64,000 bases of DNA from Okamejei kenojei (Eukaryota): contig CM069138.1 in NCBI GenBank assembly GCA_035221665.1, positions 22,444,001 to 22,508,000 of the forward strand, written 5' to 3'. Each line of letters opens with the position of its first letter. Within the stretch, counting starts at the first letter, position 1. This document shows, piece by piece, positions 28,101 through 40,598 of the stretch. Under the pieces are notes generated by a model. The model had not been told where the DNA came from and ran no database searches. It was given only the letters and a program-made list of their open reading frames with translations. The position numbers and the translations under genes were made by a program.

Positions 28101-28398
28101 ACGATTTGACTTTATGCTATTAGTTGGTAATATTTTCCATCTCTGACAACTCAAGCCCAAAGGGTTGTTCATCCATAACCCATTTGCAGAGACTTTTTAC
28201 ACTTTTGATTTTTGTTTCCTTTTACTCGTGTTTTCACATACTTTTCTATTTCCTAGCTGTTGCACTTTACATGCCAAGATAACTTCTCCACTCTCTGTTT
28301 TACTGGGAGTGGTACAGTTCCAATGTGTCTGTGAGTCATTGCGTGAAGGTTGAAGTGTAAGCTGCTGTTATCGTCAGTGCAGGCAAACAATGACTTAC

Positions 28399-28746
28399 CA
28401 GTTACATTGAGCTGGGACCCTGCTCCATAGATGTAACTCCACACACTGCAGTTGTAGACAGCAGTATCATTGATGGAGACATTGGCGATGGTCAGAATGT
28501 AACTGTTGCTCATGGCATTCCTGAAAGACTTAAAGCGGTCAGAGATACAGCTGGACCTGGTGACGTTGCCATCCACAAAGTGGCTCATTACCCACTCGCT
28601 GTTTTTCCCAGGTCTCTGCTGGTTCCAGTGGACGTCAGTGTCATTCACACTGGCATTGTGCAAGACACATTGCAACTGCACAGTTACACCCTCTGCCACC
28701 TTGCTGACTGACGGAGACTGGATAAGGACCGGGTCATCCAGGGGAT
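28399..28746 (-). CDS. Ig V-set (VJ-joined) exon V3, type B
   Basis: VQLQCVL...DVHWNQQRPG...SDRF...DTAVYNCSVWSYIYGAGSQLNVT; CACAG| and G|GTAAGT; 348 nt, phase 1-1. Confidence 0.92.
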
Positions 28747-28813
28747 CTGTGAGAATATACATGCAGCTCAATGGAAGTTATCATATCTCTCCAGCATTTA
28801 GTGTGTAAGTTAC

Positions 28814-31800
28814 TAAAATAGTAAGATTAAATGAGAACTTACCAGTTCGAAGTTTGATCTGTATTTTATGAGGAGTTACGATGAGGGATTACGTGAAGAC
28901 CCCGTCCAGCACGCATGCGCGACATTTCTTCAAAGCAGCGGTGTGGATTCACAGAAAAACACAACAATTGAAATAAATATAGTCAAGAAAAAAATAAGAA
29001 ACTTAATTACCAGTTGATCTGTATAATAGAGGGTGGGAGCGGAGGGCACGTAATCCCTCATCGTAACTCCTCATAAAATACAGATCAAACTTCGAACTGG
29101 TAAGTTCTCATTTAATCTTACTATTTTACTTCGGAGTCACGTGAGTGACTACGTGAAGACTTCAAAGCTCTGTGAATCCGAACCGTGTACCAGCTCATGC
29201 TTCACTCACTGCCTGAAGACCTTAGAGGGAGGAAGCATGTTATACAATCAACAATAACCTGTTTGTGAACAAAAAAGGTTTATTAATAACAACAAAAAAC
29301 AGAGAGCTCCCCCGGGCTTAAATTAAATATTATCTGCAGACTCTAAAATTCTGTCTGCAAATGTAGCAGGCTCCGCCAGCGGCTTATTATAAAACCTTTG
29401 GAAAGTTCTTTCCGAGGACCATCCTGCTCTGGCCAGAATATGGTCCATAGGCACATCCATTTGCCTAGCCGCCGACGTAGATGCAGCCCTGGTGGAATGA
29501 GATTTGTACACATTAGTATAGATTCCCGCGGACTTAAGCACCTGCTTGAGCCACCTTGAAATGGTTTGGCTCGTCACCTGACCATGAGGCTTCTTGTGGC
29601 TTATCCATAAGGCTTTTTCTCTCCCTCTTAAGTTATATGTTGTGTCTATGTAGTTGGCGAGATGGGTCTTGGCACACAACCGTGGGTCAGGTGAATATGC
29701 CCGGAACTCCATAACTGGAGGCGTGGTACCTGGTCTAGATTGTTTGACCAGCCCCTGAATGTGAAATGTGATACAGTCCAATGACTCTGTCATGCTGTCC
29801 AGCCTCAGAAGGTGGAGGGACTGTACCCTTTGAGCTGACACTAGAGCCATGAGCATGACTGATTTCAGTGTAAGTTGTTCCAGAGTAAGTGACCTGGGTG
29901 GTGGCCATCCCCTAAGGTAACGTCAGTACTATGCTGACATCCCAGATCTGAGTGTACCTAGGCCTAGGGGGATTGGTGTTAAAAAATGCCCCTCATGATT
30001 TTGACCACTAGTGGATGGGACCCCAAAGTCAGTTGTCCTGCTGCTGGAACCAAATAAGCTGACAACGCACTCCTGGCTGTATTAATGGCGCTGTAGCTGA
30101 GTCCTTCCGATGTAATCCAAGCAGAAACTCCACAACACTGGTGGCTGTAGCTGTGGTGTAGGTAGTTCCTGTTTTGGAGCAATACCGTTCCCATTTTCTT
30201 ATATTGGTCAGGTATTGTCTCCTGGTGGACTCCCGGTGAGATGCGGTCATCATGTTGATGGCGTCCTCAGACAGTCCCAGGCCCAGTAGAGGGTCTTTTT
30301 AGAATCTGCAAGCCAGGAGATTGACTCTGTCATGGCACGGGTGACTAATGCCTGACACTGGGTGGATTAATAACTGTCGACTGCTGGGGAATTCCAACGG
30401 TGTTTCAACAGCCATGTCGAAAGCCACTGGGAACCATGGCTGTGTAGGCCAGTCAGGTATTATCAAGATTCCTGAAGCGGAATCCAATTGAATCTTGCGT
30501 AATACCCGACTGATGAGGCAGAAGGGAGGAAAAGCATAAAAGAACATTTTCCCCCAATGCAGCGAGAATGCATCAACTGCTGCTGCCTCAGGGTCTGGTT
30601 CCCAAGCGACATACGTTGGTACCTGGTGATTCAGCCTGGATGCAAATAGATCGATATCTGGTGTGCCATATTGCTTTGTAATTTCAGCAAACACTTTGGG
30701 ATTTAACATCCATTCGATGTTATCATTAAATCTACGTGACCTGGTGTCTGCCACTGTATTTTGCTTACCTGGAAGGTAAGTTGCTGATAACCAAATATGC
30801 CTTTCAACACACCATTGCCAGATTAGGTTGGCCAAATTGTCACACGATATCGACTTTACACCACCCATGTGATTGATATAAGCCACCACCGTGGTATTAT
30901 CTAGTTGCAACCGGACCATGTGCATGATGCGTATTACATGAATATGCTTTTAAAACCCATAAAACGCACCCAACATTTCTAAATAGTTGATACCCCGTGT
31001 CTGTAGGCAAGATGATTCAAATTTACTCCATCTGCCCCCTGTGCTGGATTGCATGTTAGTTGCTCCCCAGCCCAAAGCACTGGCATCCGTTTGAATGGTT
31101 AATACTGGGTTGGTGATCATTATGGGGACTGGAGCTGAGTCTTACATTCCTCGCCCACCATTGTAACTCTGGAATGGATTTAGCAGTTAAACTCATAGCT
31201 CGGTCAAAGTGACCTGAGTTTTGCTTTAGTGCATGCACTTTAGCTCTTTGCAAATTTTGATAGTGCAAAGGCCCAAATTGTACAGCTGGGAAAGCTGCTA
31301 CCATTTTGCCAATAACTCTAGCTACTTCCCGTATGGTTGGCTGATGTTTATTCATGAGTTTGTTGCATGATAGCGCCAAATTCTGATGCTTTCCCCTTCG
31401 GCAGAGTTACAATCATGCGAACAGTAATCTATCGTAAATCCAAGATAGTCCATGGCAGTGGACGGTGTAAGATTGGATTTTTCTGGATGTATGACAAACC
31501 CCAAAGTTTTCAAACAAAACGTTTGGTGGCTGCGACTGCCAAAATAGCTGTTTTCCCTACTATTAAAAATGTCGTCTAAATACGCCATGACTATATGCTT
31601 TTGTTTCCTCAATAATGCCAAGGCAGGTTTTAAGATTTTAGTGAACAACCTTGGAGCAGAGGTTAGCCCATTTGGTAAGGCTTTATATTGCCATAGCTGT
31701 TTCATCCAGATAAATTTTAAATATTTTCGATGGTCCTTGTGTATGGGTACTGAGTAGTAGGCATCTTTTAAAATCAATGCTTGCTAGAAAGTACCCCTAG

Positions 31801-33675
31801 AAACAATAGTCTGGCTGTTTCAAAAGTATCCCATCTTGAAATGTATATACCTGACAGACTTGTTCAAAGTAGTTAAGTCAATGATGATGCGTCGTCCACC
31901 ATCTTTTTTGATTTTAGTGAAAATATTAGACACAAATTCCAAAGGTTCATGTTTTGTTCTTTCAATGACACCTTTAGCTTGTAATCTCATCAGTTCAGCT
32001 TGACCCTCTTGTTTTTCCTTGACTGAGAGGGTGAATACCCTTTTGGGTATATGCTGAACTGGTGGAAAATCTTTATGGACAAAGTCAATTTTGTAGCCAT
32101 GAACGCTGCTGAGTATATACTTGTCATTAGTGATGGATTCCCATGCATCCAAAAAACAAGTGCAATCTCCCCCCTGTTAGCACAGAGCCCCTACTGCACA
32201 TATGCTGAGAGGAACCAGACCCACCTACCTCCATGGTTATTGGTGCTTCTTCTGCCTCTTCGCTGGGTGATGAGGCGTCTGCTGGGCTGTAGAGGGTTGA
32301 TGTTGATCTCGATGTTGTTGGGGGTGGCGCATTTTCCATGGGGTCCGCTCTGGGCCCTGGCCTAAAAAAGGCTTACGGGGAATGGTTGCGGACCCCGAGC
32401 TTTCACCAGTCCCATAGTGTGGTCGACGACTGGTGGACGCCATGGGGTACTGCCGCCTGGGTTTGTTGGGTCTGCTCGGTCCCAAACCTGCCCTCACGAG
32501 ACCAAAGGTCTTGGATTCTTCTTCCAGTGTCTTTCACCTTTTTTGGAAGGTCTTTCCCAAAGAGCAGAATAGGAGGTTCTGACCCCGGTGTTTTGCAGAG
32601 TCCCGCAAATTTAGGGTTGAGGGCAGGCTTGATAATCTCCTTTCGCAAATTATTTATCTCATATTGAGTGGTGCACAGCAGAGCTAATGTGTCTTGCTGA
32701 TTTGTGGAGATGTCCGCACCATCAATGGACCGAGCATAAGATGTTATTCCTGCAGTCAGGAATTTAAGGATCTTCTGGAGCTTCAACTCCAGGTTTCTGA
32801 TGTTCTGCCCCAAATGTCCCCAAATTTGGCTATTGACAGCAGGTACATTCAAAGATGTACAATTTCCTGGGGCTGTATATAGTTGAAGAGCCTCATTGAC
32901 CACTTGTTCTTGTAGGGGTTTAGAGGACAGGTGGTTAATGCTGGCTGCAAGTTTCGGCTCTAATGGCCGACCCGCTTGTGGAATGGCCACGTAGCGGTTG
33001 ACCACACCCAGCAGCTCTTCCTGTTCCTGTACACCCTGCGTACTCCCGATATCTTCAGCCAGTGACCCCCTCTTCTTGACCAGCCCAGACCTGGTCGCCA
33101 ATGCTGCCTTCAAAAGAAGGTGAAGCAATGGCCAGTGCCGTAAAAAGGCACTGCTGGAGTGCCCAGAACTCCCTTGGCGAGGCTGCTGCTGCTCTCTCAG
33201 CAGATCTCGCTGGAGCAATTGGCTCCATAAGCCGTTCCAATGCGGCTTAGGCGGCTGCCTGCGTGCTCTCGAGCGGTAAGGCATCTTCATCCCGAAACGT
33301 CGGACACTACCGCCCGGGTTCCGGCTGTAGGTACCTCCAGCCCGCTGCTCAGGCAGCACTAGCGGTGCTGGGTCTCGGCTCGGTAGTTATAACCGCCGCC
33401 TCTTGCCCCCCCTCCAAAGAGCATTCCTCAACGGAGGACGAACGGGGGCGAGCTGCAGACTTCTTTCCTCGGGCCTTGCTCATTCTCCTGGAACACAAGA
33501 CCACAGAGAGAAAGACACACGGCCACGGTAAACTTACCTGTCGGCCCGACTTTCAATTTGTAGCGGGAGCGCCTTGAACTCCCGTTCGTCGCGGTGCACT
33601 GCATGAACGCTAATGTCGCGCATGCGTGCTGGACGGGGTCTTCACGTAGTCACTCACGTGACTCCGAAGTAAAAT
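28814..33675 (-). mobile_element. Full-length DIRS retrotransposon (gag, RT, RNase H, methyltransferase-like domain, tyrosine recombinase), frameshifted
   Basis: RT: LKDAYY, LPNGL, YLDD (31352-32152). RNase H/MT: DNTTVVAYINHMGG, DLFAS...YAFPPF (30299-30925). YR: HSTR...AGW...FY (29323-29856). Gag-like 32403-33359. ITRs plus ICR at about 29047-29159. Confidence 0.93.
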
Positions 33676-35505
33676 TTGAATACCATCACACACATCCCAG
33701 TGAGGGTCAGGATAATTGAAGAGTAAGATTATCGAAGATGTCAGATTTATGCATGTTCTCCGGTCTTGCTGGCTGACCTTTTAAGTTATTCCAACAACTT
33801 GTGCCTTTTGTTTTTTAACATATTATTTGCCTTCCAAACTGCCCATTCTATCTACATGTTGATCTTAAGTTATTTTGTGCATAAGAACACCCAGATTATT
33901 TTGACATTACAGTCACACAACGTTCAAAAAAATACTTTGCATGTCCATTTTTCCTGCAGAAGCGAATGATTATATTTTTACAAGTTATAGTCCATCTGGC
34001 TTGTGCTGATCTTTATACTTGTCTGTGCCCCCTGCAGCCTCCTCACATGTTGCATCGCCTACCAACTAACCTGGATATGTTATACTTCGTCTCCTCATCC
34101 TTGATTGTGAACAGTGAGGGTCCCAGTACCAAACCCTGCACCACCTCTCAGCTTGAATACCTGCAGTTTATTCCAGTTCCTCCAGGAGATTTAACCAAGA
34201 GATTCTCCCATCTATGTGTCTGCTTGTGATGAATAATGGTCAATCTCGTTTACAGCTACTGTCTCCGCATGGCTCATTGAAAAACCCAACCCTACTTTGC
34301 TAGTCACAAACATCTAACAACGTGAGCTTTAAAAGATTTCTCACCCAAGATGTCCATTTGATACATCCACGTTGACTCTGTTCTTACACCTACCCTATTC
34401 TTCTGCCTTTGTGTCGGATTCTTATCTTTCCTTTACTGCCAACGGTGCAATGAGTTATCTATTTCACTCGAACATGGAAATTATATTGAGGGGGAATTTC
34501 AACCATGCTTCACACTATTTAACGTGGATTAGGGGCCCATATCAACACAATACGGATGAGCAAAGTCAGATCCAGACACCAATGAACTGTCAGCCCGAAG
34601 GTGGACATGAACACAGGTGATCAGCGTGTAACCTGTTTCTTCGCAGCTAGCTAGAACCCTGGCCTTGGATCCAGTGACAGCGTTGTTGCTGCCTCTGCGC
34701 TGTGGGTGGTATAAGTGTCAGTGATTCCTGGTTGAAAACAAGCCTGAAGGTTCGCTGGTCGGCGGGACTGGGAACCAGTCAAAAGACTCATCTGTTGGCA
34801 TGACCAGGAGAGAGTTGGAGACGTCAGACACAAGGAGCAAGGGCCGGTGCGAGGTTGAAGCAGGGAAATGTCTCCAGCGCCTTCAGTTAGGCTGCTGGAT
34901 GCACCCCCGAGACACAAAGATGGCCGGGCGAGGAGAGAAGAGGGACATTGGTTTGTGGGAACTACTCCAGTACATCGAGCTGTGGACTGAGCGGATGTTG
35001 CACTTTCAATAATGGAGCCAAAACATGGCGGCACCAACATGTGAAATATATGCAAAAAGAATTTCACTGCACAGTTGCATATGTGACAAATAAAGAACTA
35101 TTGAACCATTGAACAATTGAAATAAGGAGGCAACATTAGTTCATCTAAAGCCATGACAAGTTGTTGTTCTGCTCTCCTGTACCTTAACTCAAACAGCTGT
35201 GAGCAATGCCCTGTTATCACACTGAGCACTAAACAATGTTTCTAGTTTTCTCTACAATGAAGAACACACTGCACATTGAAATTTATTTTACACAACCAAG
35301 ACATGACATTCAGGTCAGTTACCATATCAGTGCTCTCACCATTAGTGAGGGGCCACAATGTTTTGGTCTCCAGAATCAGGGCTCCATTATTATCTCCTTA
35401 CCTTTACAGTAAATTCCGGTACACTGAGCCAATTCAAGGGAAGTGAATTACACCCGATATAGTTTATGCATAGGTGAATAAAAACCAACTATACTTTGTA
35501 CTCAC

Positions 35506-35853
35506 TGGTTACGTTGAGCTGGGTTCCATCCCTCTGATATCTCCCCACACTTGTGCAGTAATAGACGGCAAGAGTCATGAGCATCACGTTTGTGACCGTC
35601 AGGATGAAGCTGCTGTTGAGGCCTCTCTGAAAGGCTTGAACCGCTCAGTGAAGCCTGGTCTCCTTCGTATACGCTGCCTCCTGCCTCATGTATTAAAACC
35701 CACTCATGTCCTGCCCTGGAGTTCTCGTAACCAGTGGACGTCAGTTTTTTTCCCACTTTGGCGTTCTCCATTGGAACACCGTACTGTGCCGTGTGACCCT
35801 CTGTGACACGCTCCAGCCTCGGGAAATGGATCAGGATCGGAGGATTTATGCAA
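35506..35853 (-). pseudogene. Ig V-set exon V2 (type A), frameshifted as assembled
   Basis: Colinear with V4 (21269-21613) and splice sites intact, but with roughly a dozen 1-2 nt indels and an early in-frame TAA. Either a pseudo-exon or consensus error. Confidence 0.8.
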
Positions 35854-36073
35854 CTTGAAAAGGAAATATCAATAGATGAACAGTAATGTTGGGGTTGCTA
35901 AATTCTTTATGTGTTTCAACTTAAAATACATTCATCCTTTGACATTAGATAACCTCATGTAAAAGTGATGCTAACTTGGTTAGCAACTGATAATAAAATC
36001 ATGATTGCAGCTGATTGCAACTTTCTCTCTCCCTGTTTCAAGAGTATCTTTTCACTCTCTCTTTTCTCTTTCA

Positions 36074-36128
<55 letters not shown>
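36074..36128. repeat. (TC)n microsatellite
   Basis: Read directly; much shorter at the paralogous site near 21810. Confidence 0.95.
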
Positions 36129-36130
<2 letters not shown>

Positions 36131-36802
36131 AATGGGGATTTCATGTTTCAGCTAGCTTTGTCTAGTCGTATATTAAGTCCTTTGTTGCACTCTACACAGA
36201 GATAAGCAGATCTCTGTATATTGGAGGAAGAAGGATGTATGGAAATAGTACAGATAGATCATTGAGGTGGTGAAGTTAGTTTACTTTACTGTAGAGATGC
36301 AGCATGGAAACAGGTCCTTCAGTCCACTGAGCCCATGCTGACCATCGAGTAATTGATCTCAGTGTGGCAGACGGTGCAACTAATAGTGACTGTGCATAAA
36401 CTGTGGATGGTTCGATTGTAATCATGTTTAGTCTTTCCGCTGACTGGTTAGCAAGCAACAAAAGCTTTTTCATTGTTCATCGGTAGACGTGACAATAAAG
36501 TAAACTCAAGCAAAGTTATTGTAAATGAAGAAACTATCCTCCTGATACTGGAATGTCTTTACATTCATCTGTTCACACTGTGTGTACCTCTCCGGCAATG
36601 CCAAAGTACATCCTCCATCCTGGTCTCAGAACGCAGTGCCGAGTGATCTGCATTATTCAGTTAAAAAATAATTTTGGCCTATTTTCATTCTCCAGTTTAC
36701 AGTGTGAACTTGTAATGATGTCGGTCTCCGTAAAACTGCCAACATGACATCATGATTCCTCATGATGTTAGGATTGGAAATAGAACCAATTTATATACTC
36801 AC

Positions 36803-37165
36803 TGGTTACATTCAGCTTGGTTCCATTTCCAAATATCTTCCCCCAAATGCCACAGATGTAATCAGCAGAGTCAGCAATCATCACCTCTCTGATGGTCAGT
36901 GAGTAGCTGTTACTGGCGTCGTCCCTGGAAAGCTGAAATCGATCGGAGAAGCCTCGTGACCTGTAAGTTTTGCCATTCACATTAAGACTGAGTTTGATTC
37001 CTTTTTCAGTTAATTCATTACGTGAGTTGTACCAGTGAACGTCGAATTTGTTCACAATGTTATTCACATTGGTGCTGTTCAGGACACACCGTATCTTCAC
37101 TGTTTCACCTTCACGCACCACCAGAGCTCCTGGGGATTGGATCAGGGATGTGTTTGCCTTTAGAC
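36803..37165 (-). CDS. Ig V-set (VJ-joined) exon V1, divergent B-like type
   Basis: TVKIRCVL...DVHWY...GFSDRF...SYSLTI...DSADYICGIWGKIFGNGTKLNVT; acceptor CCCACAG|, donor A|GTGAGT; 363 nt, phase 1-1. Confidence 0.92.
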
Positions 37166-38286
37166 CTGTGGGTAATAACAACCAATGATCAGAACAGATG
37201 ATGATCACAAAAATAATTTGAAACAAAAGGCTCTTGGATATTTATTAATGTTCTGCACATGTATCCTCAATTTGTAAACTTTTTTGTTTTCTCCTGAGCT
37301 TCGCTCTTTCACTCTGCACTGAAATGACAAACATTACCGTTGGTAAAAGCAACAGCTCAAAAGTACAAACACTGAATATCAAAGGTTAAATCCTGCTCCA
37401 TGTACAGCTTGTTGACTGTACACAGTGTGTTAAACTGAGCAGTAAATCAGGAACAAAGCTGGCAGTTCTAGTAACATTCATTTAGTATATGTAAGATTCT
37501 ATTGCAGAGTCAGATAAAGAAGACTAAGGAAATTCAGCATGCTTCCAAAAGCTCTTACCAATGTCTACACATGGACCACATAAAACATCCTATTGATTAC
37601 ATCACAGCCTAATTTGGCAATTACTCTACCCTACACTCCACGCTGCCTCGGGAAAGCAACCAACATAGTGAAAGACCATTCACTCCCCTGTCATTCCTAC
37701 TTGTCCCCTTTCCTGTTGGCAGAAGATACAAAACTTTACAGCATCTGGAAGCAGTTTTTACGATATGACAATATTTTATTCATCCCTGGAGGAAAATTGG
37801 TCTGCCAACAGTCACAACACACAAGGTACACAAATACTTGAAATTAAAAGTGAAAAAAAAGAAAAAGACAAGCAACTGTTGGCTGGCTTCCGTGTGCACA
37901 GCGCCTGAACCAGAATGAACGAACAAACAAAACAAACGCAGGCTTTTCCCCTGGGAAGAGGATTCTAAAACTAGAGTGCCCCCGCACACCAGTTCCCACT
38001 TTGTTCTCCCACCGTCCCTCACGGCAGTCCCCATATGCCGGGTCCCCATTGATCTTTGCAACAGCCCTCACTTTCCTTGGCTCCTACTCTTTCTCTGATT
38101 ATCCTCTTACTCTAATACAATTGTTCAATCCTTGGGATTCTTCTTAATTTTGACTGTTAGTGATACTTTTTCTTGCCTCTTTCCTCTCCTAATTTATATT
38201 GAAAGTGGTCTTTTGCTCTTTATACCCAAGTGTCTCTCCTGTTTTCATTTGCCTATACCTGCCAAATGCTTCCCTTTACTTCATCT

Positions 38287-38770
38287 GATAGGTTTACAAG
38301 GTTAATTCCCAGGATGGCTGGACTGTCATATGTTGAGAGAATGGAGCGGCTGGGCTTGAACACTCTGGAGTTTAGATGGATGAAAGGGGATCTTATTGAA
38401 ACATATAAGATTGTTAAGGGTTCGGACTCGCTGGAGGCAGGAAACATGTTTCCGATGTTGGGGGAGTCCAGAATCAGGGGCCACAGTTTAATAAGGGGTA
38501 AGCCATTTAGAACGGAGACGAGGAAACACTTTTTCTCACAGAGAGTTGTGAGTGTGTGGAATTCTCTGCCACATAGGGCGGTGGAGGCAGGTTCTCTGGA
38601 TGCTTTCAAGAGAGAGCTGGATAAGGCTCTTAAAGATAGCGGAGTCAGGGCATATGGAGAAAAGGCAGGAACGGGGTACTGATTGGGGATGATCAGCCAT
38701 GATCACCTTGAATGCAGTGTGGGCCTGAAGGGCTGAATGGCCTACTCCTGCACCTATTGTCTATTATCTA
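38287..38770 (+). mobile_element. CR1 LINE 3' fragment
   Basis: RFTRLIP...GDLIETYKI...FFSQRVVSVWNSLP plus 3' UTR. Confidence 0.8.
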
Positions 38771-40598
38771 GTCTCTATCAAATGTGGGTGCCACGTTGGT
38801 GCATGAAGACTGCTGCCTCACAGAGCCAGAGACCCTGCTTCAATCCTGATCTCAGGTGCTGTCTGTGTGGTGTTTGCATGTTCTCCCTGTGTGCCCACAT
38901 GGGTTTCCACCAGGAGCACCGGTTTCCTCCCACATTCCAAAGACATGTGGGTTTGTAGGTTAGTTGGCCTCTGTAAATTGCCTCTATTATGAAGGGAGTT
39001 GATGAGAAGTGGGATAACATAGAACTAGTGTGAACGGGTAATCAATGGTCGGCATGGGCTCCGTGTTCCAAAGTGCCTGTGTCCATGCTGCATCACTACA
39101 TGACTGAACTAAACAAAATTAAATCCTCAACACCTTTGTTCACTATGTGTTCCCTGATCCTTCTATCCTTACTTTTCACTTCTCCAGGATTGTTAGCTCT
39201 GAAACTACACAAGTAGCACAATTAGAAGACTCCCACTATTTGTATGTCGTTCTACCTACAACCAAATGCTCCCCATCTACTTCCACCAGGTGCTGTATTA
39301 TTGAAATCGGGCTTCCCCAATTTAGGACATTGTCCTCCGCACCAATTTTTTCCCTTTCCATAACAGTCTTGAAACTTAAAGCAAAATAACACCAATAAAA
39401 TAACATCAGCAAAATAACACCAATATAATGATCCTTTGCTAAAAATAAAATTTCCTGGAAGAACTGAGCCAGTCAGGCAGCATATGTGGACCAGTCTGGA
39501 CCCCAAACTTCAACTGTCCATTTCCCTTACCAGTGGTTGCCTGATCTGCCAAGTTCCTCCTGCATTTAGTTTATTGCTCCACATTCCAGTATCTGCCATC
39601 TCTTGTGCCTCCATGCTCCAGGGACACTGCTACCATTAGCCCAGCCTTATTTCCCAAGATTAGGTCCAGTGCAGCTAATAGGACTATCTACACATTGGCT
39701 GAACTCTCCCGTGTGCGCTACTAATTCTTCCCCATTTAAACACTTTGCACTATGCACTCTCAGTCAATATTGGAGAAGTATAAATCCCCCACCATTATAA
39801 CCCTATTCCTCTTGTATTGGATGTGGACCATTGGCTTAAAGATAGATCTGCAGTACAATTCTGCTCCATTTGGGGAGATATGTAGGGAGGGTGCAGTTGT
39901 AAGAAAAACAGAGTGTAACAGCAAGAACTTCCAACTTTCAACATCAGGCCCTACGACCCATGATGACTGCACTGAAAATGCTGGTCCGCGCGCTACTTAA
40001 ACTAATCCTCTTCTGCCACCATGCACATCCCTCCATTTCCACATATTTCTACTTGCCTATCAAAAGGTTTCTTAAATGCTAAGATAGTAACTTATCGTAT
40101 CCACAATCACCACTGACAGTTATTATTCCAGGTGCCTAAATATAGTAAAAAAACAGCTTTGTATCTTCTTTACATGTTTTTCTTCTTACCTTAAACCCTA
40201 ACCTCACCCTTCCTAACTTTTAGAGTGGCATGGTGGTGCAGCGGTAGAGTTCGCTGCTTACAGACTACAGCCCTAAAGACCCAGGTTTGAACCACTACAC
40301 ACTCAATCCTGACTATGGGTGCTGTCTGTACCGAATTTGTACGTTCTCCCCGTGACCAGGTCGGTTTTCTCCAAGATCTTTGGTTTACTCCCACACTCCA
40401 CAGACATATAGGTTTGTAGCTTAATTGGCTTGGTATCAATGTAAAATTGTCTCGAATGTGTGTTGGATAGTGTTAATGTATGTATAATCGGCTGGACCTT
40501 CTGGCAGCCTTCTTCACTGTCCACCGCATACATTTTTGTGTTATTTGTAAAGGTACTGGCATAAGAGCTGAACTCCATTGATTTCACTCTCCTACATA

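Larger units (their letters stand above)
16284..36229. repeat. Tandem segmental duplication: unit 1 about 16284-21957, unit 2 about 21958-36229 (CR1 + type B exon + intron + type A exon)
   Basis: 18710-21944 aligns by eye with 28082-28819 plus 33670-36229 at high identity. Confidence 0.9.

Noticed and set aside
13739-37165. Interpretation as a rearranging TCR/IgL V cluster or as separate germline-joined light-chain genes
   Set aside because: Only one leader was found, there is no C exon or RSS, and the symmetric exons splice to a single TM exon.
39252-39400. Cys/Gly/Trp-rich peptide CYGKGKNWCGGQCPK with apparent splice sites
   Set aside because: Another frame reads FKTVMEREK...VLNWG, a decayed CR1 ORF2 fragment continuous with nearby CR1 remnants.
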